Source: an uncultured Phycisphaerales bacterium (GTDB lineage Bacteria > Planctomycetota > Phycisphaerae > Tepidisphaerales > Tepidisphaeraceae). From it: DNA of 64,000 nucleotides. The DNA is taken from positions 3,968,001 through 4,032,000 of the forward strand of contig CAVWLP010000002.1 of the NCBI GenBank assembly GCA_963755915.1, written 5' to 3'. The notes under the pieces are model-generated. The model was not told where the DNA came from. It saw only the letters and a list, made by a program, of their open reading frames with translations, and did not search any database. Positions 28,305-38,889 of this stretch are shown piece by piece; position 1 is the first letter of the stretch, and every line of letters begins with the position of its first letter. A program made the position numbers and the translations under genes.

Positions 28305-29957
28305 ATGCCCAAGCGCAAACGAAACCTTCGCATTCCGCTGGCGGCAAAATGTCAGATTCTTTTCGGCGCTGCCGTCATCCTCATCATCAGTGCCGCCCTC
28401 TATGTCCCCTGGCGTCGAATGGATGACTTGATTCTCGAAGTAAACCTCCACACCGCCGAAGGCCTCGCCGAACAGGCCAAATTGCAGCATATCGTCGCCG
28501 AAGCCCAAAAGGGTGGAGCACCGCAAAATAGAGGGACTTTTCCCGCTCCCACCACCCAGGATTCTGAACTTGCCGTCCCCGAACTGATTATGCCTCGCCT
28601 GATCCCCATTGACCCCCCCAAATCGATGGTCCTCTCCAAATACGACTGGGACGCCCTCGGCTACTTCTACACCCATCCCGCACAGGTTCACTACCCCCGA
28701 ACCTATAAATTGAACGAAACCGAACGCTATCGCCTCGCCATGCCCCTCTACGCCGGCGATGCCCCCGCCTGCATGAAATGCCATGCCGGCCAAGGCGTCC
28801 CCCCCCTAAAGATCCAGCCCGCCTCCGCTGCCATCGCCGCCGCCCTCCCCGACGCACGAAAATTCCTGGGCATCGTCGTCGTGGATATCCCCTCCCAAGT
28901 CAACGAAAACCAGCTCTTCCTCAACCGCGCCTTCATTCTCCTCGCCGGCGTCATCGCCGGAACCCTCGCCACCGGAGTCCTCTACGTCATCACCACCCGC
29001 CTCATCCTCCAGCCCGTCCGCGTCCTCCAGGAAACCGCCGAAAAGGTCAGTGAGGGCGACCTCAACATCCGCTCCGACATCAGCACCGGCGACGAATTCG
29101 AACAGCTCTCCGAAACCTTCAACACCATGCTGGCCAACCTCAAATCCAGCGACGAGCAGTTGCGCGACATCAACAAGGCCCTCGATTTGAAGCTCGTCCA
29201 GTTGGGCGAGACCAACGTCGCTCTCTACGAATCCAACCGTTTGAAGAGCGAATTCCTCGCCAACGTAAGCCATGAGCTGCGCACGCCCCTCAACTCCATC
29301 CTCGGCTTCGCCGACCTGCTTCGCGACACGGTTTCCACCAACCCCGACCCCAAGGCCGCCCGATATCTCCAAAACATTCTCGCCAGCGGCCGCAATCTGC
29401 TCGAGCTGATCAACGACCTGCTGGATCTGGCCAAGATCGAAGCCGGCCGCATGGACGTACGGTCGGTCCCCCTCTCCCTGAACGATCTTTTCGAAGGCCT
29501 CACCAACCTGATCAAGCCCCTGACGGAAGGCAAGAAGGTCGAGATTGAAACCGCCGTCGCCCCGGACGTTCCGATCATGGAAAGCGATCCTTCAAAGATT
29601 CAGCAGGTCCTCTACAATCTGCTGTCCAACGCGATCAAATTTTCCCCCGAGGCCGGCCGGATCGATCTCACCGCCGACTTACACGACGCCGAAAAAATTC
29701 GCATCGCCGTACGCGATCAGGGCCCCGGCATCGAGCTGGAAAAACACGAGGTGATTTTCGAAAAATTCCGCCAGATCGACGGCTCCGTCACCCGCGAACA
29801 CAGCGGCACCGGCCTGGGCCTCGCCATCTCCCGCGAGCTGATCTCAATGCTCGGGGGCACCATCGGCGTAGAAAGCGTCCCCGGCAAAGGCGCGACCTTC
29901 TGGATCCTTCTGCCGCTTAAGATCCAGCCCGGCCAACATGACGTGCGCACAAAATGA
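28305..29957 (+). CDS. Sensor histidine kinase (periplasmic CxxCH heme-c motif, HAMP, HisKA, HATPase)
   Basis: Two TM segments flank ACMKCHA; FLANVSHELRTPLN; NLLSNAIKF; GTGLGL. Confidence 0.93.
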   Translation: MPKRKRNLRIPLAAKCQILFGAAVILIISAALYVPWRRMDDLILEVNLHTAEGLAEQAKLQHIVAEAQKGGAPQNRGTFPAPTTQDSELAVPELIMPRLIPIDPPKSMVLSKYDWDALGYFYTHPAQVHYPRTYKLNETERYRLAMPLYAGDAPACMKCHAGQGVPPLKIQPASAAIAAALPDARKFLGIVVVDIPSQVNENQLFLNRAFILLAGVIAGTLATGVLYVITTRLILQPVRVLQETAEKVSEGDLNIRSDISTGDEFEQLSETFNTMLANLKSSDEQLRDINKALDLKLVQLGETNVALYESNRLKSEFLANVSHELRTPLNSILGFADLLRDTVSTNPDPKAARYLQNILASGRNLLELINDLLDLAKIEAGRMDVRSVPLSLNDLFEGLTNLIKPLTEGKKVEIETAVAPDVPIMESDPSKIQQVLYNLLSNAIKFSPEAGRIDLTADLHDAEKIRIAVRDQGPGIELEKHEVIFEKFRQIDGSVTREHSGTGLGLAISRELISMLGGTIGVESVPGKGATFWILLPLKIQPGQHDVRTK

Positions 29958-30000
29958 TTCTCTCATGACCACCGCTCTTCCCCCTCTCCCAGTAATCCGG

Positions 30001-30030
30001 CCTTCGGCTCTGAGGCTCAGGCTCGAAGAG
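30001..30030 (+). repeat. 30-bp palindromic micro-element nested in a CCCTC-type REP
   Basis: ccttcggctctgaggctcaggctcgaagag; removing it restores ccctctccc...gggagaggg. Confidence 0.75.
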
Positions 30031-30183
30031 GAGAGGGTCGGGGTGAGGGCCTGAAAACCATTCTCCAATCCCACTCGCCGCCATACCTGAACTGCCACGC
30101 AACAGTCCCTCACCCCCAGACTTATTTCTCTTCCACATCATCCCCGACCGTTCGCGAATTCTCCCCTTCCCGAAACGCCCACG

Positions 30184-30207
30184 GACTTCGGTGAGCTCAG
30201 TCGAACC
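30184..30207 (-). repeat. 24-bp palindromic micro-element; near-identical copies at 59124-59147 and 63122-63145
   Basis: Reverse complement ggttcgactgagctcaccgaagtc versus ggttcgactgcgctcaccgaagtc and ggttcgacacagctcaccgaagtc. Confidence 0.85.
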
Positions 30208-30292
30208 GCGCCGCCGGGGGGGATCCTGACGCCGGTTTCGTAAATGAGCCAACTGTGTACATTGATGTGCAACTCCCCCTAAAATCCCCCCA

Positions 30293-31582
30293 ATGATCAA
30301 GCGCCGCCCCTGGCAAGAAGGATTGCAGATCATCGACCAGACGATGAAGGCCATCTCCGGCATCACCGATCCCGAAACACTTGTCGAAGAGTATTGGGGG
30401 GGAATCGGAAAACTCATCTCGTCGAACGACTACGTGGCTCTCTCGCGGCGCGGCATGGAAGCGCCCTATTATCTGATCACGCGCTCCTCCAGGTTTACCG
30501 AGTACATCAATCCCTGGACCCAGAAGGAACTGCTCCCAAAAATGTCCGGCGGAATTCTCGGCGAACTGATCTACGCGAATCGCCCGGTAATTATGGACGA
30601 CCTCGCCGCCCGCCTCTCCCCGGACGATCCGGGATTTTTCTACCTCCAGGGATTCGATCGGCTGGTGAGCCTTCCCCAATACGACAACGGCGAAGGAATC
30701 AACGCCACCGCCATGCTTCTATCCCCCGGCGAGGAAATGGATCTGTCGATGATCCCGATTCTCCACTGGCAGACGGGCCTCTTTGGACGCGGCACCATGA
30801 ACCTGGTCCTCCGCAATCAACTCACCGAGGCCCTTGGCGCCCTCGAAGATGAGCTTCAGGTGGTCGGCGACATCCAGCGCTCGCTCTTGCCAGCGAAACT
30901 CCCGTCGATTCCAAATTGCGAGATCGCCACCCATTATCAAACCAGCGCCCGCGCCGGCGGCGACTATTATGATTTTTTCCCCTTGCCAAGTGGCGAATGG
31001 GGCATCTTCATCGCCGACGTTTCCGGCCATGGCACCCCCGCCGCCGTCCTGATGGCCATTACCCACGCGATCGCCCACTCCCAGCCCGGTTCCCACACCC
31101 CGCCCGACAAGCTCAATCGTTATTTGAATGACTGCCTCGCCCGCGCCTACACCCGTGCCGGCACCTTCGTCACGGCGTTCTATGCGGTCCTCGATCCCCA
31201 GACCCGAACCCTGACCTATTCCCGCGCCGGCCACAACCCCCCGCGCCTCCTCCGCGCCGGCCGCATCCTCTCCCTCGACGCACCCGGTGGCCTCCCCCTG
31301 GGAATCCTCGAATCGCAGCCATACGAACAGGCAACCCTCACCCTCCAGCGCGGCGACATGCTCCTCCTCTACACCGACGGAATCACCGAGGCGATTGCCC
31401 CCCCAATCAGCGGCGAAAATCGCCAGCTCTTCGAAACCGATCGGCTCGACAAACTGCTCATCGATATGGGGGCGTGCAGTGCCCAGGAATGCATTGACCG
31501 CATTCGGGCCGAGCTGGCCGCCTTCAGCGCCAATCGCCCCCCGGTGGACGATCAAACGCTGATCGCGATTCGGTGTTTGTGA
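30293..31582 (+). CDS. PP2C/SpoIIE (RsbU-like) Ser/Thr phosphatase with N-terminal GAF-like region
   Basis: IQRSLLP, GGDYYD, IADVSGHG, YTDGITE, DDQT. Confidence 0.93.
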   Translation: MIKRRPWQEGLQIIDQTMKAISGITDPETLVEEYWGGIGKLISSNDYVALSRRGMEAPYYLITRSSRFTEYINPWTQKELLPKMSGGILGELIYANRPVIMDDLAARLSPDDPGFFYLQGFDRLVSLPQYDNGEGINATAMLLSPGEEMDLSMIPILHWQTGLFGRGTMNLVLRNQLTEALGALEDELQVVGDIQRSLLPAKLPSIPNCEIATHYQTSARAGGDYYDFFPLPSGEWGIFIADVSGHGTPAAVLMAITHAIAHSQPGSHTPPDKLNRYLNDCLARAYTRAGTFVTAFYAVLDPQTRTLTYSRAGHNPPRLLRAGRILSLDAPGGLPLGILESQPYEQATLTLQRGDMLLLYTDGITEAIAPPISGENRQLFETDRLDKLLIDMGACSAQECIDRIRAELAAFSANRPPVDDQTLIAIRCL

Positions 31583-31699
31583 GGGAGGTGGGAAAAAAGC
31601 GAGGGCACATCGGTACTATTACGTGGGAAATGGGAAGTGGCGGGACCGATTAAAATTAGGCGGCTCGTCATCGTTGATACGATAGACGGTGAAACGGAA

Positions 31700-32053
31700 A
31701 TGAACGATCCTACGAAAATTGAGTACGCTTCTTCGCAATCGGAGAAACAACCGGTCATCGGTCCACGTGGTATGTTCTTTTTGCTTTTGCCCGTGGCTAT
31801 CTTTGGCATGGAGGTGATCGCCGATTCTGCCATATCCAACATCCGCCAAGATGACCGTGATTACGCAGGGATGGCCCTGATTTTGCTCACCGCTCCCTTT
31901 GCCATTGGCTGTGGGATCGCGAGCGCCGTGCTCGCCTGTCGGCAGGGTGGTGGGCCCGCGCTCAAATATGCCGCGAAATGGCTTGTTGGCTCGATGATGT
32001 TGTTTTGGGTGGTATTTCGCGCCGTGATATCTATTTATTTTTCACGCAACTGA
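31700..32053 (+). CDS. Hypothetical membrane protein (3 TM)
   Basis: Three hydrophobic segments in the ORF. Confidence 0.55.
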   Translation: MNDPTKIEYASSQSEKQPVIGPRGMFFLLLPVAIFGMEVIADSAISNIRQDDRDYAGMALILLTAPFAIGCGIASAVLACRQGGGPALKYAAKWLVGSMMLFWVVFRAVISIYFSRN

Positions 32054-32163
32054 CAAAAGCATTTGGGTGACTTAGCGAACGTCTAGGCCCTATGCGACAA
32101 TGTCTAACAAGAGATAGGTGACTGTCCAGGATAGCTCAATTTGGATCGAAGGATGGACCCCTC

Positions 32164-32604
32164 ATGGCGATCGATACGTCCGGTGATTGGTGGGTCGGAA
32201 GCGACGCTGAGGACATTGCCGGCTTCCTGGAAAACTATTCTGCCGACACCTACAAGATAGACGAATTCCGTCTTGCCAGGTGCCGATGTTGCTCGGTGAA
32301 CTTTCGTCTTGAGGCGGATGACAACGAAGGTGTGGCCCGGCGAACCTGCTTGCAGTGCGGCCGACAGAATTTTATCTGCGATAGCGGCGAGTATTGGGAA
32401 GACGCTGAGCCAGAGGTCTGCCGTTGTGTGAAGTGTGATTCCGATCGGTTCAACATCGGAATTGGCTTTTCGCTTTACGAAAATAAGCAGGCGATCAAAT
32501 GGCTATACGTCGGAGTTCGCTGCGCGATGTGCGGTGTTTTGGGCTGCTTTGCTGGCTGGAAAATAGGTTACGAGCCATCGCTGCAACTGATGGATCAGGT
32601 TTAG
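32164..32604 (+). CDS. Cys-rich hypothetical protein (probable Zn-binding)
   Basis: CRCC, CLQC, CVKC and CAMC motifs, WLYVGVRC; gaagga RBS. Confidence 0.75.
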   Translation: MAIDTSGDWWVGSDAEDIAGFLENYSADTYKIDEFRLARCRCCSVNFRLEADDNEGVARRTCLQCGRQNFICDSGEYWEDAEPEVCRCVKCDSDRFNIGIGFSLYENKQAIKWLYVGVRCAMCGVLGCFAGWKIGYEPSLQLMDQV

Positions 32605-33000
32605 CGGCTTTCAAGCACAAAACAGCGTGAAAATCCACAGAAATGGGTCAGTTCGGTGCCTTTGGCCTTGGACGGTTAGGGGAAAAGGAGAGGGAGTGGG
32701 GGTGCGGGGGCGAGGGAGAAACTGTTGGGGCATTATCTGGTTCTCCCTCGCCCCCGCATTGCATTTGCGTTTTGCATTCAAAAAAAGCGGCCATTTTGTC
32801 CACGAAAACAAAAAGTGTCGGGTGGTCATGTATTCCGGCGGGGGGTTGGGGGAGGGGGTTTTCGTCTTAGGGTAACAGAAAATCCCGTTGCTTTGTATGT
32901 GTGCCCCAACTCTGTAAACACCAGCGCACTCGAGGCTATGTAGTCTACTACGCCATTTCCATCCACTGTTTCCCAGAGACACAATTGGATGCAAAATGCT

Positions 33001-34857
33001 CTAATGCTTCTCGCGTGGCCCCTCGGCGGTGACATGCTGGAGCAGAAATGTCGTGACCGACTGAGCCGGAACCGTTGAAATGAATTGCCGGCCAGTCACG
33101 TCGATCGGGCTGATCTGCTTCAGACTCTCGCTCGCAGACGTGCGATAACATTGCACGGTATCCCCCACGGCCGAAAATCCACGCAGGTCAAAGGTTACTG
33201 TGAAATCGGCCACATTGTCGTTGACAGTGACGATCGCCAGACTACCCGTTAGAGGGTCATACCCCGCGATGGAGTTGGCATCGCCACAATCAACGATTTC
33301 ACACCCCGGACGAAGGAACCTGGTGAACTGGCCAATTGCGTAAAACTTCCGGTTGATCGTGTAACTGAAGTCCCCTTTTTCGTCCAATGGGTTATAGAGC
33401 ATTCCCCAACCGCCGGCGTAGTCCACCACCTGCCAATAGCACCACGCGAGGGGACGCAACCACCTCAGATCGTCGCGAATGCGGCGGGCGGTTCGCATGC
33501 CGGTCGCGTCGTCGTCCCCGTATTCCGTGTGCCAAAGCGGCTTGCCAAGCGAGCCCGCAAGGGTGTTCAGTTCGACCCCATCATTGGCCCAGTAAGTGTG
33601 GGTTGAGATTTGTCCGACATTGTTGCGTGTGCCCTGCGCAAACGAGTTAAGAGTATTGACTCCCGATCGCTCGTCCCAATCTTCCGGGGCATCGATGGCA
33701 AGCTTGAGACCGCGGCGATCCAATTCAGTCCGAAGCAGGTTAATCACCCGCTCCTGCTGATCCACGCTCATATGGCACCCCTCCGAAATCCGCCCGAAAT
33801 TCCACCACCCTCCGGCCGGCTCGTTCATCGGGGCAATCGAATGAAATGTGACACCATCCAATCGGCCGATATTGCTGACTGCCTCCGCAAGATAGATCGC
33901 GTAGTCTTTTTCGCAATCGACTAGCAGGTTGTTACCACCGCCCTTCGCCCCCGTCACGCTGCCGCTCACCGTCATCCAGTAGGGCGGCGAATTGGCAAAA
34001 GCTTCTACCCGGTTAACGCCGCGGGCGATCGCGGCTTTGAGCATCCAGCGCTGATTTAGGTCCGCATCCCATGTCCACATGCCGCGACGCGGCTCAAATC
34101 CCGGCATTCTCGCTCTGAACTCCAGCGTACCTGGGCCTTGCGGATTCTCGCCGCCACCTATGTTGTAGCGAACGATGTTCAATTTCAGAAAGTTAAACGC
34201 GAGATTCGCATAGGCGTCTCGGTTGGGGTACCTCGCCACAACATTCGCCCACCAGCAAAGCGATGTACCCCAGCCTTGAAAACCCTCCACCAGAATATCC
34301 GTGGGATCAACACGGGCAACATAATCCAGCGGCGTTAAGAAGTTGCCAACCCAGGCACTTCCATTCCAACGGCCGCCGTAGGCATTGAGGGCAATCGCCA
34401 CATTTTTCGAAAACTCCGCAACATTGTAATCCACCACGCATAGTGCGCCGCTTATCGTGAATCGCAGGGTGATTTGTAAATTCCGAATCGGCCGCGAGCC
34501 GGATTTCCTTATGACCAAAATCGCCGGCCCCTCCTTACGCTCCCCCATCTGGACGAGCCTTGCTCGCCTCACCGGACCATCTCCGCTGGCATCGGAGATA
34601 GTCAGAACGTCTGTCATCGATGCGTCAAATGTGCCGTGATTTATCGAAGCAGCGTAGGGCGCATCGTTAACCATGAAATTCAGGGCGACCTGAAAATCTG
34701 ATATGGTCCGGTTGTCAGTATCAACGATAGTGAGGCTCTGGGCCGGGAGGCTGGACACGCGCGAGGCAAAGCAGAGGATCGCCAAAACTCCACTGACCCA
34801 TGACAATCCAAGCACATTGCTTGATCTTGTCGCTTGGGGTTGAACCTTCAGATTCAA
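33001..34857 (-). CDS. Glycoside hydrolase family 30 (endo-beta-1,6-galactanase-like) with N-terminal extension
   Basis: EGFQGWGTSLCWWAN, RYNIGGG, FANSPPYWMT, NEP acid/base, WHTEYG nucleophile; signal-like N-terminus. Confidence 0.85.
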   Translation of the reverse strand: MNLKVQPQATRSSNVLGLSWVSGVLAILCFASRVSSLPAQSLTIVDTDNRTISDFQVALNFMVNDAPYAASINHGTFDASMTDVLTISDASGDGPVRRARLVQMGERKEGPAILVIRKSGSRPIRNLQITLRFTISGALCVVDYNVAEFSKNVAIALNAYGGRWNGSAWVGNFLTPLDYVARVDPTDILVEGFQGWGTSLCWWANVVARYPNRDAYANLAFNFLKLNIVRYNIGGGENPQGPGTLEFRARMPGFEPRRGMWTWDADLNQRWMLKAAIARGVNRVEAFANSPPYWMTVSGSVTGAKGGGNNLLVDCEKDYAIYLAEAVSNIGRLDGVTFHSIAPMNEPAGGWWNFGRISEGCHMSVDQQERVINLLRTELDRRGLKLAIDAPEDWDERSGVNTLNSFAQGTRNNVGQISTHTYWANDGVELNTLAGSLGKPLWHTEYGDDDATGMRTARRIRDDLRWLRPLAWCYWQVVDYAGGWGMLYNPLDEKGDFSYTINRKFYAIGQFTRFLRPGCEIVDCGDANSIAGYDPLTGSLAIVTVNDNVADFTVTFDLRGFSAVGDTVQCYRTSASESLKQISPIDVTGRQFISTVPAQSVTTFLLQHVTAEGPREKH

Positions 34858-35010
34858 TTGAGATTCCCCGTCTTAGTTCTTGTCATCGACCAGTGTGCGC
34901 CGCGTAGCTATTTTTCTTCTTGCTTCATAGCTTTGCAAGTGTGTTCCAGATCGGGGAGCAAATAAACTTGAAGGGGATCAGCCCAAAATGTCTTCCCCCG
35001 CACAAAAATC

Positions 35011-36060
35011 TCACGCCACCAGCACCGATCCAATTTCTCCGGATGCACCGCATGCCCCATCGCCGTCTCCCGGCTGATATACCCATTGCGGCAAAGCTGC
35101 TGAATCGAAAAATCCAGCGACTGCATCCCAATCGCCCGGCTCGTCTCAATCACATTCGGAATCTCAAAGAGCCGATTCTCCCGAATGCAGCTCTTCACCG
35201 GCTGATTGCAGATCATGATCTCCGCCGCCGGGATCATCCCCGGCTCGTCACACCGAGGCAGCAGCGATTGGCTCACCACCGCCTGAAGCGTGCTGGCCAG
35301 CATCGAGCGAATCTGGTTCTGCTGCGTCGTCGGATAAATATCGATGATCCGCTCAATCGTCTGCGGCGCATTGTTGGTGTGCAGCGTGCTTAAAACCAGG
35401 TGCCCCGTTTCCGCGGCCGTGATCGCTGCGCTGGTCGTCTCCAGGTCGCGCATTTCTCCGAGCAGGATCACATCCGGATCCTGCCGCAGAACGTGCCGCA
35501 ATCCCGACGCAAAATCGAGCACATCCGACCCCACTTCCCGCTGCTCGATCGCGCAGTTGTTGCTCGCAAGGACATACTCGATTGGGTCTTCAAGCGTCAC
35601 GATATGCCCGCGCTCCGCCGATTGATCTCGTCGATCATCGCCGCCAGCGTTGTGCTCTTCCCGCTCCCCGTCGGCCCGGTCACCAGCACCAGCCCCCGCG
35701 GCAGCGTCGTCAGCTTGGTCACAATCTCCGGAAGGAACAGCTCCGACAATGGCCGAAGCCGATTCGAAATCGTCCGGATCGACAGGGCAATCGTCTGCCG
35801 TTGAAAGTGGGCGTTAATGCGAAACCGCGCCAGCCCCGGAATCTCATACGAAAAATCCGCGTCCCGCTTTTCGGTGAAATCGCACCACCGCTTCTGCACG
35901 AGCAGGGTCTTGGCGATGTCAAAGCAATCCTGCGCACTCAGCGACGGAAAATCCGCCGCCTGCATGACCGTGTTGATCCGCAGCATCGGCGGCGCCCCGG
36001 CATTCAGATGCACATCCAAAGCGCCGCGCTCACGGCCTGGTGAAGAATTTGATCGAGCAT
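35011..36060 (-). CDS. pilT: Type IV pilus retraction ATPase PilT/PilU family (about 3 frameshifts)
   Basis: [53 protein letters not shown]. Confidence 0.9.
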
Positions 36061-36132
36061 GGAACTATTGCACCAGTGGCGATACGGCGTACTGTAATTA
36101 TCGGCGCAAACCCGCCGCCTGCTGAGCGCCGA

Positions 36133-37227
36133 TCATTCTTCCGTTTCCTCCCGCCCCATGCTCAGCCCGATCGCCGCCGCCCAAGCCGGCTGTGGATAGC
36201 GCCGGTCGATCGCCGACTCAATGTCGATCCGGCTTCTCCGCGCCATCCGGCAGAGCGAATCCCCCGTTTGGCCCGGTAATTTCAGCGTCTGCGCGATGTA
36301 TTTGCACAGCGATTCCTGCCGCGCCTCCCCCCCGATAAAAATCACCCGGTGCACCGCAAGATGCGGAAAAGCAAGTTCATGCTCTCGGCGGCAGGCGTCG
36401 AGCTGTTTGATCAGTTCATCCGCCGCGCCGCGGCAGGCGTTATTCACCTGGCTCCCATCCGAAGCCGAGCCCGCCGCCAGCTTGATCCGCAGCGTGCGCG
36501 CATCGTGCAGGCTGATCGACAGTGCATCGGCGACCGCGCGCGTCATGTCATCCCCCCCGATGGTCAGATTTCGCGCGAAAAGCAGATGGGTGTTTTGCGC
36601 GATAAACGCCCGGCTGCCGCTGCTGCCGATGTCCACGTACATCCGCACCGACTGCTGCTCGGCCGTCCGCCGATAAACATTCGAAAAACAGTCCAGCAGC
36701 GCCGGCGGCTGCATGTTGAGCCCCACGATATAAAGCCCCGCCTTGCCCGCCGCGGTGATGTACCGGTTGACCCAGCGCGTGTCCGCCGACATGACGATCA
36801 CATGCAGTCGCGGGTCTTCGCTCTCGCGCGTCTGCCCCGCAACCGTGTGGCGAAAGAGCGCATGCTCGGCATCGAACGGAATCTTCTGCTTGGCGCATTC
36901 GATGACCGCGTCCTTCAGCAGCTTTTGATCCATGGGGTCGAGCGTCAGATGCTGCGTATGCACGACTGACGGCGGAAGCCCCAAAACCGCGCGATCGGGC
37001 GCGGAACTTTCCGGTGTGAAGAAGATGCGGAATCGCATGGGAAAAAAATTCGAAGCGGGCTTCGGCGTCGTCGCGGACGTTATCGGGAATTTCCGCGCTG
37101 GCGGCGGCGAAAAGCTTGTAATCGCCGTCTTCCGTCTGCACCTGCGCAAGGCGCAGCGCGTGGGTCCCGAAATCGACGCCGATTGGATGCGCCCGGGCGC
37201 GAATAAATTCTGGATCAGTCCGAACAT
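36133..37227 (-). CDS. pilM: PilM-like actin-fold pilus assembly protein (two frameshifts)
   Basis: HPIGVDFGTHALRLAQV in an alternate frame, YVDIGSSGS, IGGDDMTRAVA, IFIGGEA, WAAAIGLSM. Confidence 0.78.
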   Translation of the reverse strand: MFGLIQNLFAPGRIQSASISGPTRCALRRCRRKTAITSFSPPPARKFPITSATTPKPASNFFPMRFRIFFTPESSAPDRAVLGLPPSVVHTQHLTLDPMDQKLLKDAVIECAKQKIPFDAEHALFRHTVAGQTRESEDPRLHVIVMSADTRWVNRYITAAGKAGLYIVGLNMQPPALLDCFSNVYRRTAEQQSVRMYVDIGSSGSRAFIAQNTHLLFARNLTIGGDDMTRAVADALSISLHDARTLRIKLAAGSASDGSQVNNACRGAADELIKQLDACRREHELAFPHLAVHRVIFIGGEARQESLCKYIAQTLKLPGQTGDSLCRMARRSRIDIESAIDRRYPQPAWAAAIGLSMGREETEE

Positions 37228-37314
37228 CTTTTGGGGAGCGGCGGGTAAACGCAATTCGCCACAACTCCCACGCAACTGCTATCGACGGTTGCTCGGCGGG
37301 CGGTAAGTCGCTAA

Positions 37315-38510
37315 CTAGTCGCCCGCGACGGCGAGAAACTCCGCGGCCACGGAATCGGCGACGGATAACCCACGATCCGATAATCGAATCGAGGTTTCCG
37401 TGACGTTTACAAGGCCCAGGGGGGCAAGCCGATCGATCGCCTCGGCAAAGAGCGCAGGCGCCGCATGGCCCACACGCCCGGCAAAGGCCGCGCAATCGAT
37501 ACCGTTTGACAAACGCAGCATCAGCATCGCCAGCTCCCCGGCGGCTGGCGGGGGGTGAGGGTTTCAATGTCGGTTGCGGGAAGTTGTTCGGCGTCAACCG
37601 CGGTTTCCCATTCGCCCAGGTGGGGGCGGTTTCGCCAGCGCGTGCCCTGGACGTGAGAGGCGCCGGAAGGCCCCAGGGCCAGGTAATCGCCGCCCATCCA
37701 GTAATGGAGATTGTGCCGGCACTCCTGCCCCGGCCGGGAATAGTTGCTGATCTCGTAAGCCTGCAATCCGGCGGCGGCAAGTCGCGATCGCGTATTTTGC
37801 AGCATCTCAATTTCCAGATCGGGATCGATGGCGGATACGAGCCCGAGCCGGCGGCGAACGCCCAGCGGAGTGTTCGGCTCGAACGTGAGGCCGTAGCAGG
37901 AGAGATGATCGGTCCCCAGGGCGATCGCCGATTCAAGCGATTTCAGCCAGCGCGGAAGGGTCTGGCCGGGAATCGCGTAAATGAGATCCAGATTGATCCG
38001 GCGAAAGCCGGCGGATCTCAGCAGCTCCAGCGAGCGCGGGACATCATCGGGATCGTGATGGCGCTCCAGCAGAGAAAGCTCGGCTGGGTCGAAGCTTTGC
38101 GCACCCAGGCTCGTTCGATTCACGCCCTCATCCAGCAACATTCGGCAGAATTCATCCGAAAGGGTTGCGGGGTTGGCTTCGACAGTCCATTCGGCGCACT
38201 GCGAAAAATCGAAACGCGTTCGCAGTCCGCGGATCAGGCGGCGCATTTCGTTGGTCGGCAAAAGCGAAGGCGTGCCACCGCCGAAAAATACGGTACGCGG
38301 CTGGAGTTTGGGAGGAGCGAGTGTCCAGAAATTGGACTCTCGAAGGATCAGATCGACGAATCGGGACATTCGCTGCGGGGTCTGCCGCGTGATGGAATAG
38401 AAATCGCAATAGTGGCACTTGTGGAAACAGAAGGGGATATGCACATAAAGGGCGGGGATGGTGATCGGCGGGAAGGATGAGGGTTGCAGGTCTGGGGGCA
38501 TTCTATTCAA
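37315..38510 (-). CDS. hemW: Radical SAM heme chaperone HemW (HemN-like; frameshift near 37540)
   Basis: LYVHIPFCFHKCHYCDF, GGGTPS, YEISNY, HNLHYW; C-terminal LMLRLSNGID segment in the next frame. Confidence 0.92.
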
Positions 38511-38596
38511 GAATAATTACTCAAAAGTCGGGCTTGCGGCGCGGCCTTGAACCACTGGATGGCGATGCTATCATCGAAGGTGCGGTCTCGATATAC

Positions 38597-38670
38597 GGTG
38601 GTCGTAGCTCAGTTGGCAGAGCACAAGGTTGTGGTCCTTGGGGTCGCGGGTTCGAGCCCCGTCGATCACC
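38597..38670 (+). tRNA. tRNA-His (GTG), with G-1 encoded and no CCA
   Basis: Acceptor GTGGTCG/CGATCAC, D-arm gctcagttggcagagc, anticodon arm caagg-ttGTGgt-ccttg, T-loop ttcgagc. Confidence 0.96.
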
Positions 38671-38889
38671 CGTTTTAAATAACGCCAGACGTTGAAGTAA
38701 CAAAGCTGGCACGCGTGGCATAGAGCTTCCTAAGACGCCAGGAAAAACGGAATCTCCCGTTTTTGCACTTTTCGGAGGCTTGGCCATGCCCAAACTCGTC
38801 TGAAACGCAATTCCTTCTTATCGCCTCCACAAATTAAGTGGGAGAATCCAAACGACATTTGGTAGAAGGTGACGCGGCGGAAATCAATT

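Noticed and set aside
38716-38731. Sigma-54 promoter before the RraA operon (TGGCAT-N5-TTCCT)
   Set aside because: The -12 GC dinucleotide is absent; too weak to call.
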